A stretch of 63,743 nucleotides of DNA, counting the filler, from Licmophora abbreviata (Eukaryota): the NCBI GenBank assembly GCA_900291995.1. It is 18 parts of 18 records of this genome, joined end to end, with 100 filler letters (N's around TTAATTAATTAA, not from the genome) between each part and the next. Parts side by side here need not be neighbours in the genome. Positions count along the whole stretch, not along the records: positions 29,890 to 32,139 come from OLMU01003824.1; positions 32,240 to 33,884 come from OLMU01003825.1; positions 33,985 to 36,023 come from OLMU01003826.1; positions 36,124 to 37,353 come from OLMU01003827.1; positions 37,454 to 39,463 come from OLMU01003828.1; positions 39,564 to 42,221 come from OLMU01003829.1; 12 more parts are not named here. One strand, given 5' to 3'. A program made the position numbers and the translations under genes. The notes below the pieces were generated by a model that made no database searches, was not told where the DNA came from, and saw only the letters and a list, made by a program, of their open reading frames with translations. The first letter of the stretch is position 1. Every line of letters starts with the position of its first letter. Below are positions 31,074 through 40,122 of the stretch, piece after piece.

Positions 31074-33278
31074 CCCCATTCGACACGGTCGCGATCGTCG
31101 ATTGGTCGGGCGGCAACGACACCGGCCCGCGCCCGTGCCGCGATGCGATCTGGCTTGGCGTCACCCGGCAGGGGCAGGACCAGCCGCCCACCTATCTGCG
31201 CAACCGTATCGAGGCGGAAACCGCCCTCGCCACCCTGATCGAGAGCGAACGCTCGGCGGGCCGCAGGCTCCTGATCGGCTTCGATTTCCCCTTCGCCTAT
31301 CCTTTGGGCTTTGCGCAGGCGCTCACCGGTCAGGCCGATCCGCTGTCTGTCTGGGACTGGCTCGAGGCGCGGATCACCGACACGCTCCGCGCCAACAACC
31401 GGTTCGAGGTCGCAGGCGCCATCAATCGCGCCCTGGGGCAGGGCCGTGGCCCCTTCTGGGGCAATGCGCGTCCCCGCCATGACATTGCGGGCCTGCCGCG
31501 CACCAAGGCGGGCTACGCCAACCCGTTTCCCGACCGACGCGCCGTGGAACGCGCCGCCCCCGGCAGCTTCACCTGCTGGCAACTGGCCGGTGCGGGCGCT
31601 GTCGGCTCCCAGGTTCTGATGGGCCTGCCGGTGCTCACCCGGTTGCGCCGCCGCTTTGCAGGACACATCGCAATCTGGCCGTTCGAGCCTCTGGATGCGC
31701 CGGTGGCCTTCGTCGAAATCTGGCCCAGTCTGATCGCCCGCGCCGTCAAATGCGCCGAGGCGCAGGGCGGCATCCGCGACGCGCATCAGGTCCGTTTGCT
31801 AGCGCGGGCGCTCTCGCGCTTGCCTGCGCCTGCGCTGCGCGCCATGTTGCAGGTGGACGCACCCGAGGAGGGCTGGATCATGGGCCTTGGCCATGAGGAC
31901 AAACTCGAACAGGCGGCCACCGCCCAGACCGACGCCGCCCCCCCGCTGGCGCCGCCGCCGCTGCGCGACGATTGCTTCGCGCTGCCCGCCGGTGTGGACT
32001 GGACCCCGGTGGACGACGCATTGGCGCTCTTGCGCCGCCGCCTGCATCCGGTCGTCTCCCAGGCAGACCTGCCCCTGTCGCAGGCGCTTGGCCGCATCCT
32101 GTCGCGCGATGTCACCGCTTTGCGGGCGAACCCGCCACANNNNNNNNNNNNNNNNNNNNNNNNNNNNNNNNNNNNNNNNNNNNTTAATTAATTAANNNNN
32201 NNNNNNNNNNNNNNNNNNNNNNNNNNNNNNNNNNNNNNNCGGCTACGGCTTCGCCCATGCCTCGCTCACCACCGGCGATCAGGTGCTGCCCCTTGTCCAG
32301 GGCCGCGCCGCCGCCGGCCTGCCCTTTGACGGCACCGTGCCGCCCGGCCATGCGATCCGCGTGCTGACCGGTGCCGCCCTGCCCGAAGGTGTCGATACCG
32401 TCATCCTGCAAGAGGATGTGACCGCCACCGACACCCATATCGCCTTCCGCCCCGGCCTCAAGCCCGGCGCCAACACCCGCCGCGCCGGCGAAGACGTGAC
32501 CGCCGGCACCCCCACCCTTCCCGCAGGCCGCCGCCTGACCCCGGCCGATCTGGCGCTGGCCTCCGCCACCGGCCACGCCACCCTGCCGGTGCATAACCGC
32601 CTGCGTGTCGCGGTGATCTCCACCGGAGACGAGCTGGTCGAGCCGGGCGATCCTGCCGGGCTCGGGCAGATCTTCGACGCCAACCGCCCGATGCTTCTGG
32701 GCCTGATGCAGCAATTCGGCTTCGAGGCGCTCGATCTCGGCCGCGTCCCCGACAACCGCGCCGCCCTGCGCGCCGCCCTTGACCGGGGTGCATCGGAGGC
32801 CGATGTGATCCTCACCTCCGGTGGCGCGTCATCCGGCGACGAAGACCATGTCTCGGCCCTGCTGAACGAGGCGGGCGCCATGACCGAATGGCGCATCGCC
32901 GTGAAACCGGGCCGCCCGCTGGCGCTTGGCCTGTGGTCCGGCACGCCGGTCTTCGGCCTGCCGGGCAATCCGGTGGCGGCGCTTGTCTGCACGCTGATCT
33001 TCGCGCGCCCCGCCATGGGGCGTCTCGCCGGCGCGGACTGGCAGGCACCACAGGGCTTCGATCTGCCCGCCGCCTTCGAGAAATCCAAGAAACCGGGCCG
33101 CCGCGAATATCTGCGCGCCCGGATGCGCGATGGCCGCGCCGAGGTGTTCAAATCCGAAGGCTCGGGCCGGATCAGCGGCCTCAGCTGGGCCGAAGGTCTG
33201 GTCGAACTGCCCGATGGTGCTGCCCATATCACCCCGGGAACCCCGGTGCGCTTCCTGCCCTTCGGCAGCTTCCTCTGA
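31070..33278 (+). CDS. moeA: Molybdopterin molybdotransferase MoeA/Glp with a ~280-aa N-terminal extra domain (spans a linker)
   Basis: One frame runs from VDWSG...GFDFPF...EIWP into DCFALPAGVDWTPVDDAL...GRILSRDV; after the gap STGDEL, TSGGASSG, KPGRP, GLPGNP. Confidence 0.85.
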
Positions 33279-33304
33279 CCGCAATCCCCCGCAGCGCCCT
33301 GTCG

Positions 33305-33384
33305 TTTCTTCTGGCCTGAAAGTATCCCGGGGGAGGCGTTGAAATCCCCCTTGAGGGATTTCAGCGTCGGGGGCAGGGCCCCCT
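33305..33384 (+). repeat. REP-like element (TTCTTCTGG...ATCCCGGGGG-hairpin-GGGGCAGGGCCCC)
   Basis: Same architecture as 20292-20353; lies between convergent genes. Confidence 0.7.
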
Positions 33385-33403
33385 GCACCGCCTGCCGCAG
33401 GGC

Positions 33404-33884
33404 TCAGACGCCGATATAGCGGTCCACGATGCTGCGATCCGCGCGCAATTGGCTGGCCGCCATCACCGCGCCGCCGCGCCCGTTTTCAAGAAAGGCCACC
33501 CGGTCCGCCACCGACAGCACCGCATCCACCCTCTGCTCCACCAGCAGGATCGCCACGCCCGCCTCGCGCAGCGTCACGATCACCTGCCGGATCGCGTCGA
33601 TCATCGACGGCTGCAGGCCCTCGGTCGGCTCGTCCAGCAGCAGCGCCTTGGGCCTCAGGCACAGCGCCCGCGCCGTGGCCAGCATTTGCTGTTCGCCGCC
33701 CGATAGGGTCTGCGCCGGCTGGTCCATCCGCTCGCGCAGGCGCGGAAACAGCTCCAGCACCTCCTCCAGCGTGTCGCGCCCCGATCGCCGCGCCCGCAAC
33801 CCGATCTCCATCCGCCGTCGCCACAGGAAGCGTTCGCGCGGATTCTCCATCTTGTCGACAAATGGTGTGGCCACCGGTGTCACA
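33404..33884 (-). CDS. Branched-chain amino acid ABC ATPase (LivF-like), C-terminal part
   Basis: LFPRL.ER, LSGGEQQML, LLLDEPTEGL, ILLVEQ. Confidence 0.88.
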
Positions 33885-33984
33885 NNNNNNNNNNNNNNNN
33901 NNNNNNNNNNNNNNNNNNNNNNNNNNNNTTAATTAATTAANNNNNNNNNNNNNNNNNNNNNNNNNNNNNNNNNNNNNNNNNNNN

Positions 33985-34577
33985 TGCATGTTATGCTCGA
34001 TCAGCAGGATCGCCGTGTGCGCCCTCACATCGCGGATCAGCGCCTTGAACCCCTCGATCTCGCCATCCGACAGGCCCTGCGTCGGCTCGTCGAGGATCAG
34101 CAGCCGGGGCGCCTGCACCAGACCCATGGCGATCTCCAGCAGCCGTTGATGACCATAGCTCAGGTTGCCCGCCTCCTCTTCGCGGCGATCATTCAAGCCC
34201 ACCCGCTCCAGCGCCTCGGACACCGCCGCATCCACGCGCATAGTCCCCGTCAGACGCCGCCTTGCCGCCAGCGCGACATTCTCGTGCACACTCAGCCCCG
34301 CAAAGACTGAGGTGATCTGGAACGTATAGGCCATGCCACGCCGGATGCGGCGATGCGCGGGCAGGCAGGTGATGTCCTCGCCGTCGAACAGGACCGTCCC
34401 CGCCGATGGGGCCACGCGCCCACAGATCATGCCCACCAGCGTCGTCTTGCCGGCCCCGTTCGGGCCGATCAAAGCCCGCACCTCGCCCCGCGCCAGATCG
34501 AAATCCACCTCCGTCACCGCCTGCAGCCCGTCGAACCGCTTCGACAGGCCGCGCGTCGACAGCAGCGCGCCGCTCAT
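33985..34577 (-). CDS. Branched-chain amino acid ABC ATPase (LivG-like), 3' truncated
   Basis: GPNGAGKTT, LSYGHQRLLEI, ILDEPTQG, IEHNM. Confidence 0.9.
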
Positions 34578-35521
34578 GGCAGACCTTTCCAGATCCGGCG
34601 CCGGACCTCTCCGGCCAGTCCCTGTGGCGCAAACAGCGTCAGCGCCACCAGTGTCACGCCCGCGATCAGCATATAGGCGCTGGTGATCCCCGAACTCAGA
34701 TCGATGAGGTAGAACATGAACAATGTGCCAATGAACGGCCCAAGCACCGTGCCCGCGCCCCCCAGAAGCACCCACAAAAGCGGGAAGATCGAATATTGCA
34801 CGCTGGCGAAACTGGCCCCGGCATAGCCGAAGAGCAGCCCGTAAACCGCGCCCGCCGCGGCGGCCATCGTGCCCGAGATGACCATCGCGCCCAGCTTGTG
34901 GGCATAGGTGTCATAGCCCAGCATCCTGACCCGCTCCTCGTTTTCGCGGATCGCCACCAGCACCCGGCCAAAGGGCGCGCGCACCAGCCACAGGCTCAGG
35001 CCAAGGCAAAGCGCAAACAGGATCAGCGCCGCGAAATAGCGGTGTGCCGGATCGCTCAGGTCGATGCCCCACAACACGCGCTGTGCCGTCTGGATCACGA
35101 AGCCCTCGTCGCCCCGCGTGTACTCTCCGAAATAGAGGATCGTCAGATATCCCGCCTGCGCGAACATCAGCGTCACGATCATGAAAGCCACGCCCGTTGT
35201 CCGCAGCGCCAGCAGCGCCAGCGCCCCCGAGACCAGCGCGCCCGCCGCGATCCCGCTCAGCAATGCGGGCGCCGGGGTGAAGCCCGCATGCTGGATGGTC
35301 AGGGCCATGCCATACATGCCCGCCGCAAAGAACAGCGCATGACCAAGGCTCAAAAGGCCGGTATAGCCAAACAGGATGTTGTAGCCGATCGCATAGCTCG
35401 CCAGCACCATGATCCGCGCGAGATTGCCGTGGTGATAGGCCGGCAGCACGAAATGCAGCCCGACCAACAGCACCACAAGCCCGCCATGCAGGGCCAGAAC
35501 CCGCCGCGTCTCGATGCTCAT
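34574..35521 (-). CDS. Branched-chain amino acid ABC permease (LivM-like)
   Basis: GYTGLLSLGHA, FMIVTLMFAQ, AIRENEER, LLGGAGT..GP. Confidence 0.9.
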   Translation of the reverse strand: MSIETRRVLALHGGLVVLLVGLHFVLPAYHHGNLARIMVLASYAIGYNILFGYTGLLSLGHALFFAAGMYGMALTIQHAGFTPAPALLSGIAAGALVSGALALLALRTTGVAFMIVTLMFAQAGYLTILYFGEYTRGDEGFVIQTAQRVLWGIDLSDPAHRYFAALILFALCLGLSLWLVRAPFGRVLVAIRENEERVRMLGYDTYAHKLGAMVISGTMAAAAGAVYGLLFGYAGASFASVQYSIFPLLWVLLGGAGTVLGPFIGTLFMFYLIDLSSGITSAYMLIAGVTLVALTLFAPQGLAGEVRRRIWKGLP

Positions 35522-36374
35522 GCCGCCCGCGTCCCGAACAGCCCCTGTGGCCGGAACACCAGCACCAGACCCACCAGCAGCGTCGCGAGGATCTTGGCCA
35601 GCGTCGGCGAGAAGAAGACCGAGATGATCCCGTCGCTCAGCCCGATCAGCACCGCCGCAAGCACCGTGCCGGGCAGGCTGCCAAGCCCTCCGATGATGAC
35701 CACGATGAACGACAACAGAAGCGGATCGGCCCCCATCAGGTAATGCGCCTGCTGAATGGGCACGATCAGCACCGCCGCCAGCGCCGCCAGCCCTGCACCC
35801 AGCCCGAAGACCAGCGCATAGACCTTTTCCACCGGGATGCCGAAGGCCAGCGCCATCTCGCGGTCGGCCTGCGTGGCGCGCATCACCAGCCCGATCCGCG
35901 TGCGTGTCATCAGCACCCACACCCCGCACAGCACCGCGCCCGCAGCACCGATCACCGCCAGCTTGTAGCTGGTCGTCGACAACCCCCACGGATAATAGAA
36001 CTGCCAGCCGCTCTCGCCCCTCTNNNNNNNNNNNNNNNNNNNNNNNNNNNNNNNNNNNNNNNNNNNNTTAATTAATTAANNNNNNNNNNNNNNNNNNNNN
36101 NNNNNNNNNNNNNNNNNNNNNNNACTGCGAGCGCGCCCACCAGCAGCGGCGCCACCACCAGTGCCGCGACAAAGCCCAGTGCGGGATGCCCGCCCATCCA
36201 ATGGGCGACATACCATGCGATCACCGCGCCCAGCATGAAGAACTCTCCATGCGCGATATTGACGACCCGCATCACCCCGAACACCAGCGACAGGCCCACC
36301 GCCGTCAGCGCCAGCACCGCCGCCGTCACCGCCCCCTCGAGCGAGGCCAGCAGGATATAAGGTCCGATCTCCAT
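35518..36374 (-). CDS. Branched-chain amino acid ABC permease (LivH-like; spans a linker)
   Basis: AVGLSLVFGVMRVVNIAHGEF | GLVMRA...MA...GI, FIVVIIGGLGS, FRPQGLFG. Confidence 0.9.
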
Positions 36375-36431
36375 ATCCCGCACAGGCTTGCCCCGGACGG
36401 GGCGTCAGGGCAAGCCCTCATGATCTCTCGA

Positions 36432-36743
36432 TCAGCTCAGCGACCCGGCCTCCCGGTCGAACAGATAGACCGCAACTGCCGTGCTTTCGCTATATTCCGT
36501 CAACTCGAACGCGGTCTTGAGCCGCTGCAGCACGTCGATCTTGCCTTTCACGAAGGCATCCAGCTCGTCCTGCTGGTCGAACCGCACGATCAGCGTGACC
36601 GTGGCGCCCTTGTCGATCAGGATGCTCAGGCTCGAGATATTGGCCTCCGCGATCGCGCCGCCGATTTCCTCGGACAGAATTGATACCCCGATCTTGGCCT
36701 GATCGAGGGACTTGAAGCGCAGCGTATAAACCCGACTGTACAT
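36432..36743 (-). CDS. Hypothetical 103-aa protein
   Basis: Clean ORF with GAGGGA RBS, 13 nt after the GAF gene; no family recognised. Confidence 0.75.
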   Translation of the reverse strand: MYSRVYTLRFKSLDQAKIGVSILSEEIGGAIAEANISSLSILIDKGATVTLIVRFDQQDELDAFVKGKIDVLQRLKTAFELTEYSESTAVAVYLFDREAGSLS

Positions 36744-36756
36744 GTCGCGATCCCTC

Positions 36757-37353
36757 TCAATCCAGAAGCGCGAACATCGCGTCCAGCAACTCGGTGTTCT
36801 TCAGGGGCGACACCGCCCGCTTGTAGTCCGCCGGCCCAAGCCCGTTTCCGGTCTTCAGCGTCGTACCCTCTTCGCTCAGCTCCAGACCGGTCTCGGTTTC
36901 CTGTGCCAGCCCAAGCGCGAGCAGCGATGTGCGCTCCTCCCGCGCCACCGGCTGACCCATGCACAGGTTCAGAAACGCCCGTGCCGTGCCCGTCTCGTTG
37001 AGACCGGCGAGCTGAAATTCCCTCAGGATGCGCTCGCAATCGCGTGCCGTCTGCTCTTGCCGGTCGGTCTGCATCTGGATGCTCAGCACCATCTCCGCCG
37101 CGATCCCGCTCAACATATCGACCTGCTCTTCGCTCAACTCTCTCGGCTCGAAATCCACCGCGCAGATCGTGCCCAGAACATAGCCCTCCGCCGTGACCAG
37201 CGGAAAGCCCGCCCAGAACACCCAATGCGGATCGCCCGTGATCAGCGGATGCGCCTTGAATGTGGGGTGCTGGCGCATGTCGCCCACGATGACGGGCTTG
37301 GTATCCAGCAACGCGTGCTGACAGATCGTGTTTTCCCGCGCCACTCGGTCGCG
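36757..37353 (-). CDS. GAF-domain protein, 5' truncated by gap
   Basis: RE.TICQHA, V.D...P.F..HPL..G.P...FWAGFPL.T.EG..LGTICAVDFEPR.LSEEQ. Confidence 0.88.
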   Translation of the reverse strand, partial: RDRVARENTICQHALLDTKPVIVGDMRQHPTFKAHPLITGDPHWVFWAGFPLVTAEGYVLGTICAVDFEPRELSEEQVDMLSGIAAEMVLSIQMQTDRQEQTARDCERILREFQLAGLNETGTARAFLNLCMGQPVAREERTSLLALGLAQETETGLELSEEGTTLKTGNGLGPADYKRAVSPLKNTELLDAMFALLD

Positions 37354-37513
37354 NNNNNNNNNNNNNNNNNNNNNNNNNNNNNNNNNNNNNNNNNNNNTTA
37401 ATTAATTAANNNNNNNNNNNNNNNNNNNNNNNNNNNNNNNNNNNNNNNNNNNNTCGTGCGATGACATGCGCCTGTTGCAGTCAGGCAGCGACAAACCGGA
37501 AAGCGCCAGGCAC

Positions 37514-37873
37514 ATGGACGACCAACGCGACACGCGACAAGCGATCTTAAGAGGGGCCAAACTGAAATGCCCCTCCTGCGGACAGGGCAAAGTCCTCTCC
37601 GGCTACCTCACGGTCAAGGACCGATGCGCCCATTGCGGACAGGACCTCACCCATGCGCGCACCGATGACGGCCCGGCCTATTTCACCCTGCTGGTCGTGG
37701 TCGCCATCGTCTTCCCGATGTTCGGCCTGATCTATTCACTCTTCACCCCCCGGCCCCTCTGGGTTGCGCTCTTCATGGTGGCGTTTTCCACGGCTCTGGC
37801 ATTGGTCATCCTGCCCCGTATCAAAGGCGTGTTCATCGGCTTCCAATGGGCCAAGAGACTGCACGGGTTCTAG
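37514..37873 (+). CDS. DUF983 family membrane protein
   Basis: CPSCGQG..L.GYL.V...CAHCG, DDGPAYFT, PRIKG..IG.QW. Confidence 0.9.
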   Translation: MDDQRDTRQAILRGAKLKCPSCGQGKVLSGYLTVKDRCAHCGQDLTHARTDDGPAYFTLLVVVAIVFPMFGLIYSLFTPRPLWVALFMVAFSTALALVILPRIKGVFIGFQWAKRLHGF

Positions 37874-38191
37874 GTGTCCGGGGGTGCCAGGCGGTGGGCG
37901 CCGTCTGGGTCATTGTGGGTGAAGAGAAGGGGCCGTTTGCTCCGGCAGGTATCAACCTAAGCAAAGCGCAGGGAGAGAGGTTTGCAAAGCAACTGCGGTA
38001 GAATCTCGTAGCGGGTCCGGCACAAAAACGTCACTCACCTATGTGTTTGAACAATGTTGTTGCAGTCGGCTGTCCGAACATTCGCTGTATTGCTACCGGG
38101 ATGGGACTGTTCGAGATTAGTACTGATGGGCAATGCAACGCCCAATTGTGCCGGTAGCGCGAGTTAGCAACAATCTGACCGCAAAAAAATC

Positions 38192-38220
38192 TTGACTTAA
38201 ATGCAGTCCGTCAATAACGA
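38192..38220 (+). promoter_or_regulatory. Putative sigma70 promoter (TTGACT-N17-TAACGA) for a small RNA
   Basis: Near-consensus -35 after an A-tract (UP-like); 17-bp spacer; -10 lacks the last T, as is common in alphaproteobacteria; no + strand ORF follows. Confidence 0.55.
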
Positions 38221-38225
38221 AGATT

Positions 38226-38266
38226 TCGGAGGCTTTGCGGCGGTAACGCTGCATTGCCTTTTTTAT
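38226..38266 (+). ncRNA. Candidate DUF3800-associated small structured RNA / terminator hairpin
   Basis: GGAGGC-TT-TGCGGCG-GTAA-CGCTGCA-TT-GCCTTTTTT: two stems, 2x2 U internal loop, GNRA tetraloop, T-tract; ~10 nt from the DUF3800 stop, in convergent orientation. Confidence 0.55.
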
Positions 38267-38275
38267 TAACTGCTG

Positions 38276-39133
38276 TCAATTCCGATCACGCGGTCTGAGA
38301 TCCTTGATCTCCTTAATTCCCCAGACAACATCGCCGCCATCCGTTAGGTGCTTGTATCTCATGCGCTTTACGATCTCGACGAGCAAATCCAGTTCTGGCC
38401 GTGTGCCCATCGGCATTCGGTTCAAGCGTAGCCCCCAACTGATAATGTATGCCACTAGATCGGCGAGTTGAACGAGCGACGTGAGATCTGAGTGCACGAA
38501 CATTGGCTCTGGCACAATAAGCCTCGAACGTGTCCGGCCATTCCTCGTCTTCAAAAAGTAGCGCGAGATTTGTCCGAGCAGGACATGGCTAGCGGTCTTG
38601 TCCAGTTCGTCAAACACAAGGAAGCCCATCGGATCGCCCGGTGTTTGATTAAGAAAGTGATAGTAGCGCTCGAGGAAGAACGCATAGTCCTTACGCATTT
38701 CGTCGCCGTTCGGCGGTCGAGGTGCCGATTGCGGGACCATGGTCGCGAAGACCTTGCCGCCATGTCGCCTTGTCAGTTCCAAGACGAATTCGCAGTAGGC
38801 AATTTTTGCTTGGGCCAACGCTGTGAGCCGCGGGCGGGACACGGCGAGTCCGTCCTCCAAGATTTCCTTCGCAAGCCGCATCCGCTCGCCATTTTCGATG
38901 GGGTCCATCTGTCCGGCAAGCTTGAACGTCTTCTTCTTAAGCAGCTCCTTAGCCTTCGCTTCATAACCATAGGCTTCAAACAGCCGCATGCCGAAGAAGT
39001 GTTGCTGCGCATCCGATATCTGACAGATCAGAGGCCAGATCTTTCTGTCCTCGATCGCGACACCGGCGAGAACCTCGTAGGGCGACTCTCGCTGGTCCTG
39101 CCCAGACTCATCGACGAAAAGTGTCCAACTCAC
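38276..39133 (-). CDS. DUF3800 domain protein
   Basis: GTG start after GGGGA; N-terminal LFVDESG, central LVFDE, C-terminal VQLADLVAY (DE and QxxD motifs of DUF3800); visibly lower GC than its neighbours. Confidence 0.88.
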   Translation of the reverse strand: MSWTLFVDESGQDQRESPYEVLAGVAIEDRKIWPLICQISDAQQHFFGMRLFEAYGYEAKAKELLKKKTFKLAGQMDPIENGERMRLAKEILEDGLAVSRPRLTALAQAKIAYCEFVLELTRRHGGKVFATMVPQSAPRPPNGDEMRKDYAFFLERYYHFLNQTPGDPMGFLVFDELDKTASHVLLGQISRYFLKTRNGRTRSRLIVPEPMFVHSDLTSLVQLADLVAYIISWGLRLNRMPMGTRPELDLLVEIVKRMRYKHLTDGGDVVWGIKEIKDLRPRDRN

Positions 39134-39390
39134 ACAAAATTCCCCGTTTGCCGGAATTAGAGCGCGTTTCCTGATTTCTTGCAACCTGCGCTGCCAAATC
39201 ACTCTTTCTAAGGAGTCATCCACCCATGGATTTTTGATTAAGCTGCGAACAACCAGCTTGGTAGCTTTGCCAAGGACGACCTAAAGCGGCTTGCTGGAAC
39301 TCTGATGTCGGTCATGCATCTGACACGAGCCAACTTCCCGCAAGGCTTGAACGTCCGCCATGGGCCGTATCTCACCTCACCCCCAAACCC

Positions 39391-39984
39391 TCACTCATAA
39401 ATACATCTGAACCCCACATAGACCGCGTAAAACGACGCCGGTTTCCATTGCATCCCTTCGATCNNNNNNNNNNNNNNNNNNNNNNNNNNNNNNNNNNNNN
39501 NNNNNNNTTAATTAATTAANNNNNNNNNNNNNNNNNNNNNNNNNNNNNNNNNNNNNNNNNNNNGCTCATCCCCGACCGGATAGGGATAGCTCCGCCTCTG
39601 CTCGAACCCTGCCGTGGGGGCTGTGCGTTGTTCGGTATACGCCGCCGAAGCCCATTCTTCCCGGGTCGGCAACCGGCCTCCGGCATCGCGGCAAAAGGCC
39701 TGCGCCTCGCCCCATGTCACGTGCACGGCGGGCTCGTTTTCCGATGCGGGCTCCCCTTGCGGCGATGTGTACGTCCAGCCGGGCCGGCGCTCCCATCCGG
39801 CACCCCATTCAAAGCCGCCGCCGTTTTGCTCGGCCTCGGTCACAAGGCCCGTGCGCTCGGCAAACGCGGTGAAAGCGCCGACTGTGACCTCCCACCGATC
39901 CATCTTGAACCCGTCCAGCGTGACGCGCTCCGCCGCCGCCGGACCCGCCACGACAAGGACGATCCCGAAAAGAAAAACCCGCAT
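39391..39984 (-). CDS. Formylglycine-generating enzyme (SUMF1/EgtB-type) domain protein (spans a linker)
   Basis: Signal peptide; MDRWEVTV..F, PAVHVTWGEAQAFC...GGRLPTREEW; C-terminus ...AVYVGFRCIYE* at 39391-39463. Confidence 0.88.
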
Positions 39985-40122
39985 CCGCTCTGCTCCCTGA
40001 ACCTGTCACCGAACCTGTGACTGGCAAAGGGTAATCCGCCGCTGACGCTCGGCAATGCCAAAGACACTGCCGAAGCCGCAGATGTGGCGTTGGACATGGA
40101 TAGGGGGCGCTCCGCTCCGGCC

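Noticed and set aside
33815..33884. Odd N-terminus of the LivF-like ORF, and similar sequence near 35990-36023
   Set aside because: Adjacent to linkers and loses family similarity; probably low-quality contig ends rather than insertions or frameshifts.
39134..39223. N-terminal extension of the DUF3800 ORF in the ORF track
   Set aside because: The family motif starts at SWTLFVDESG and a GGGGA RBS precedes the GTG at 39133, so the upstream start is less likely.
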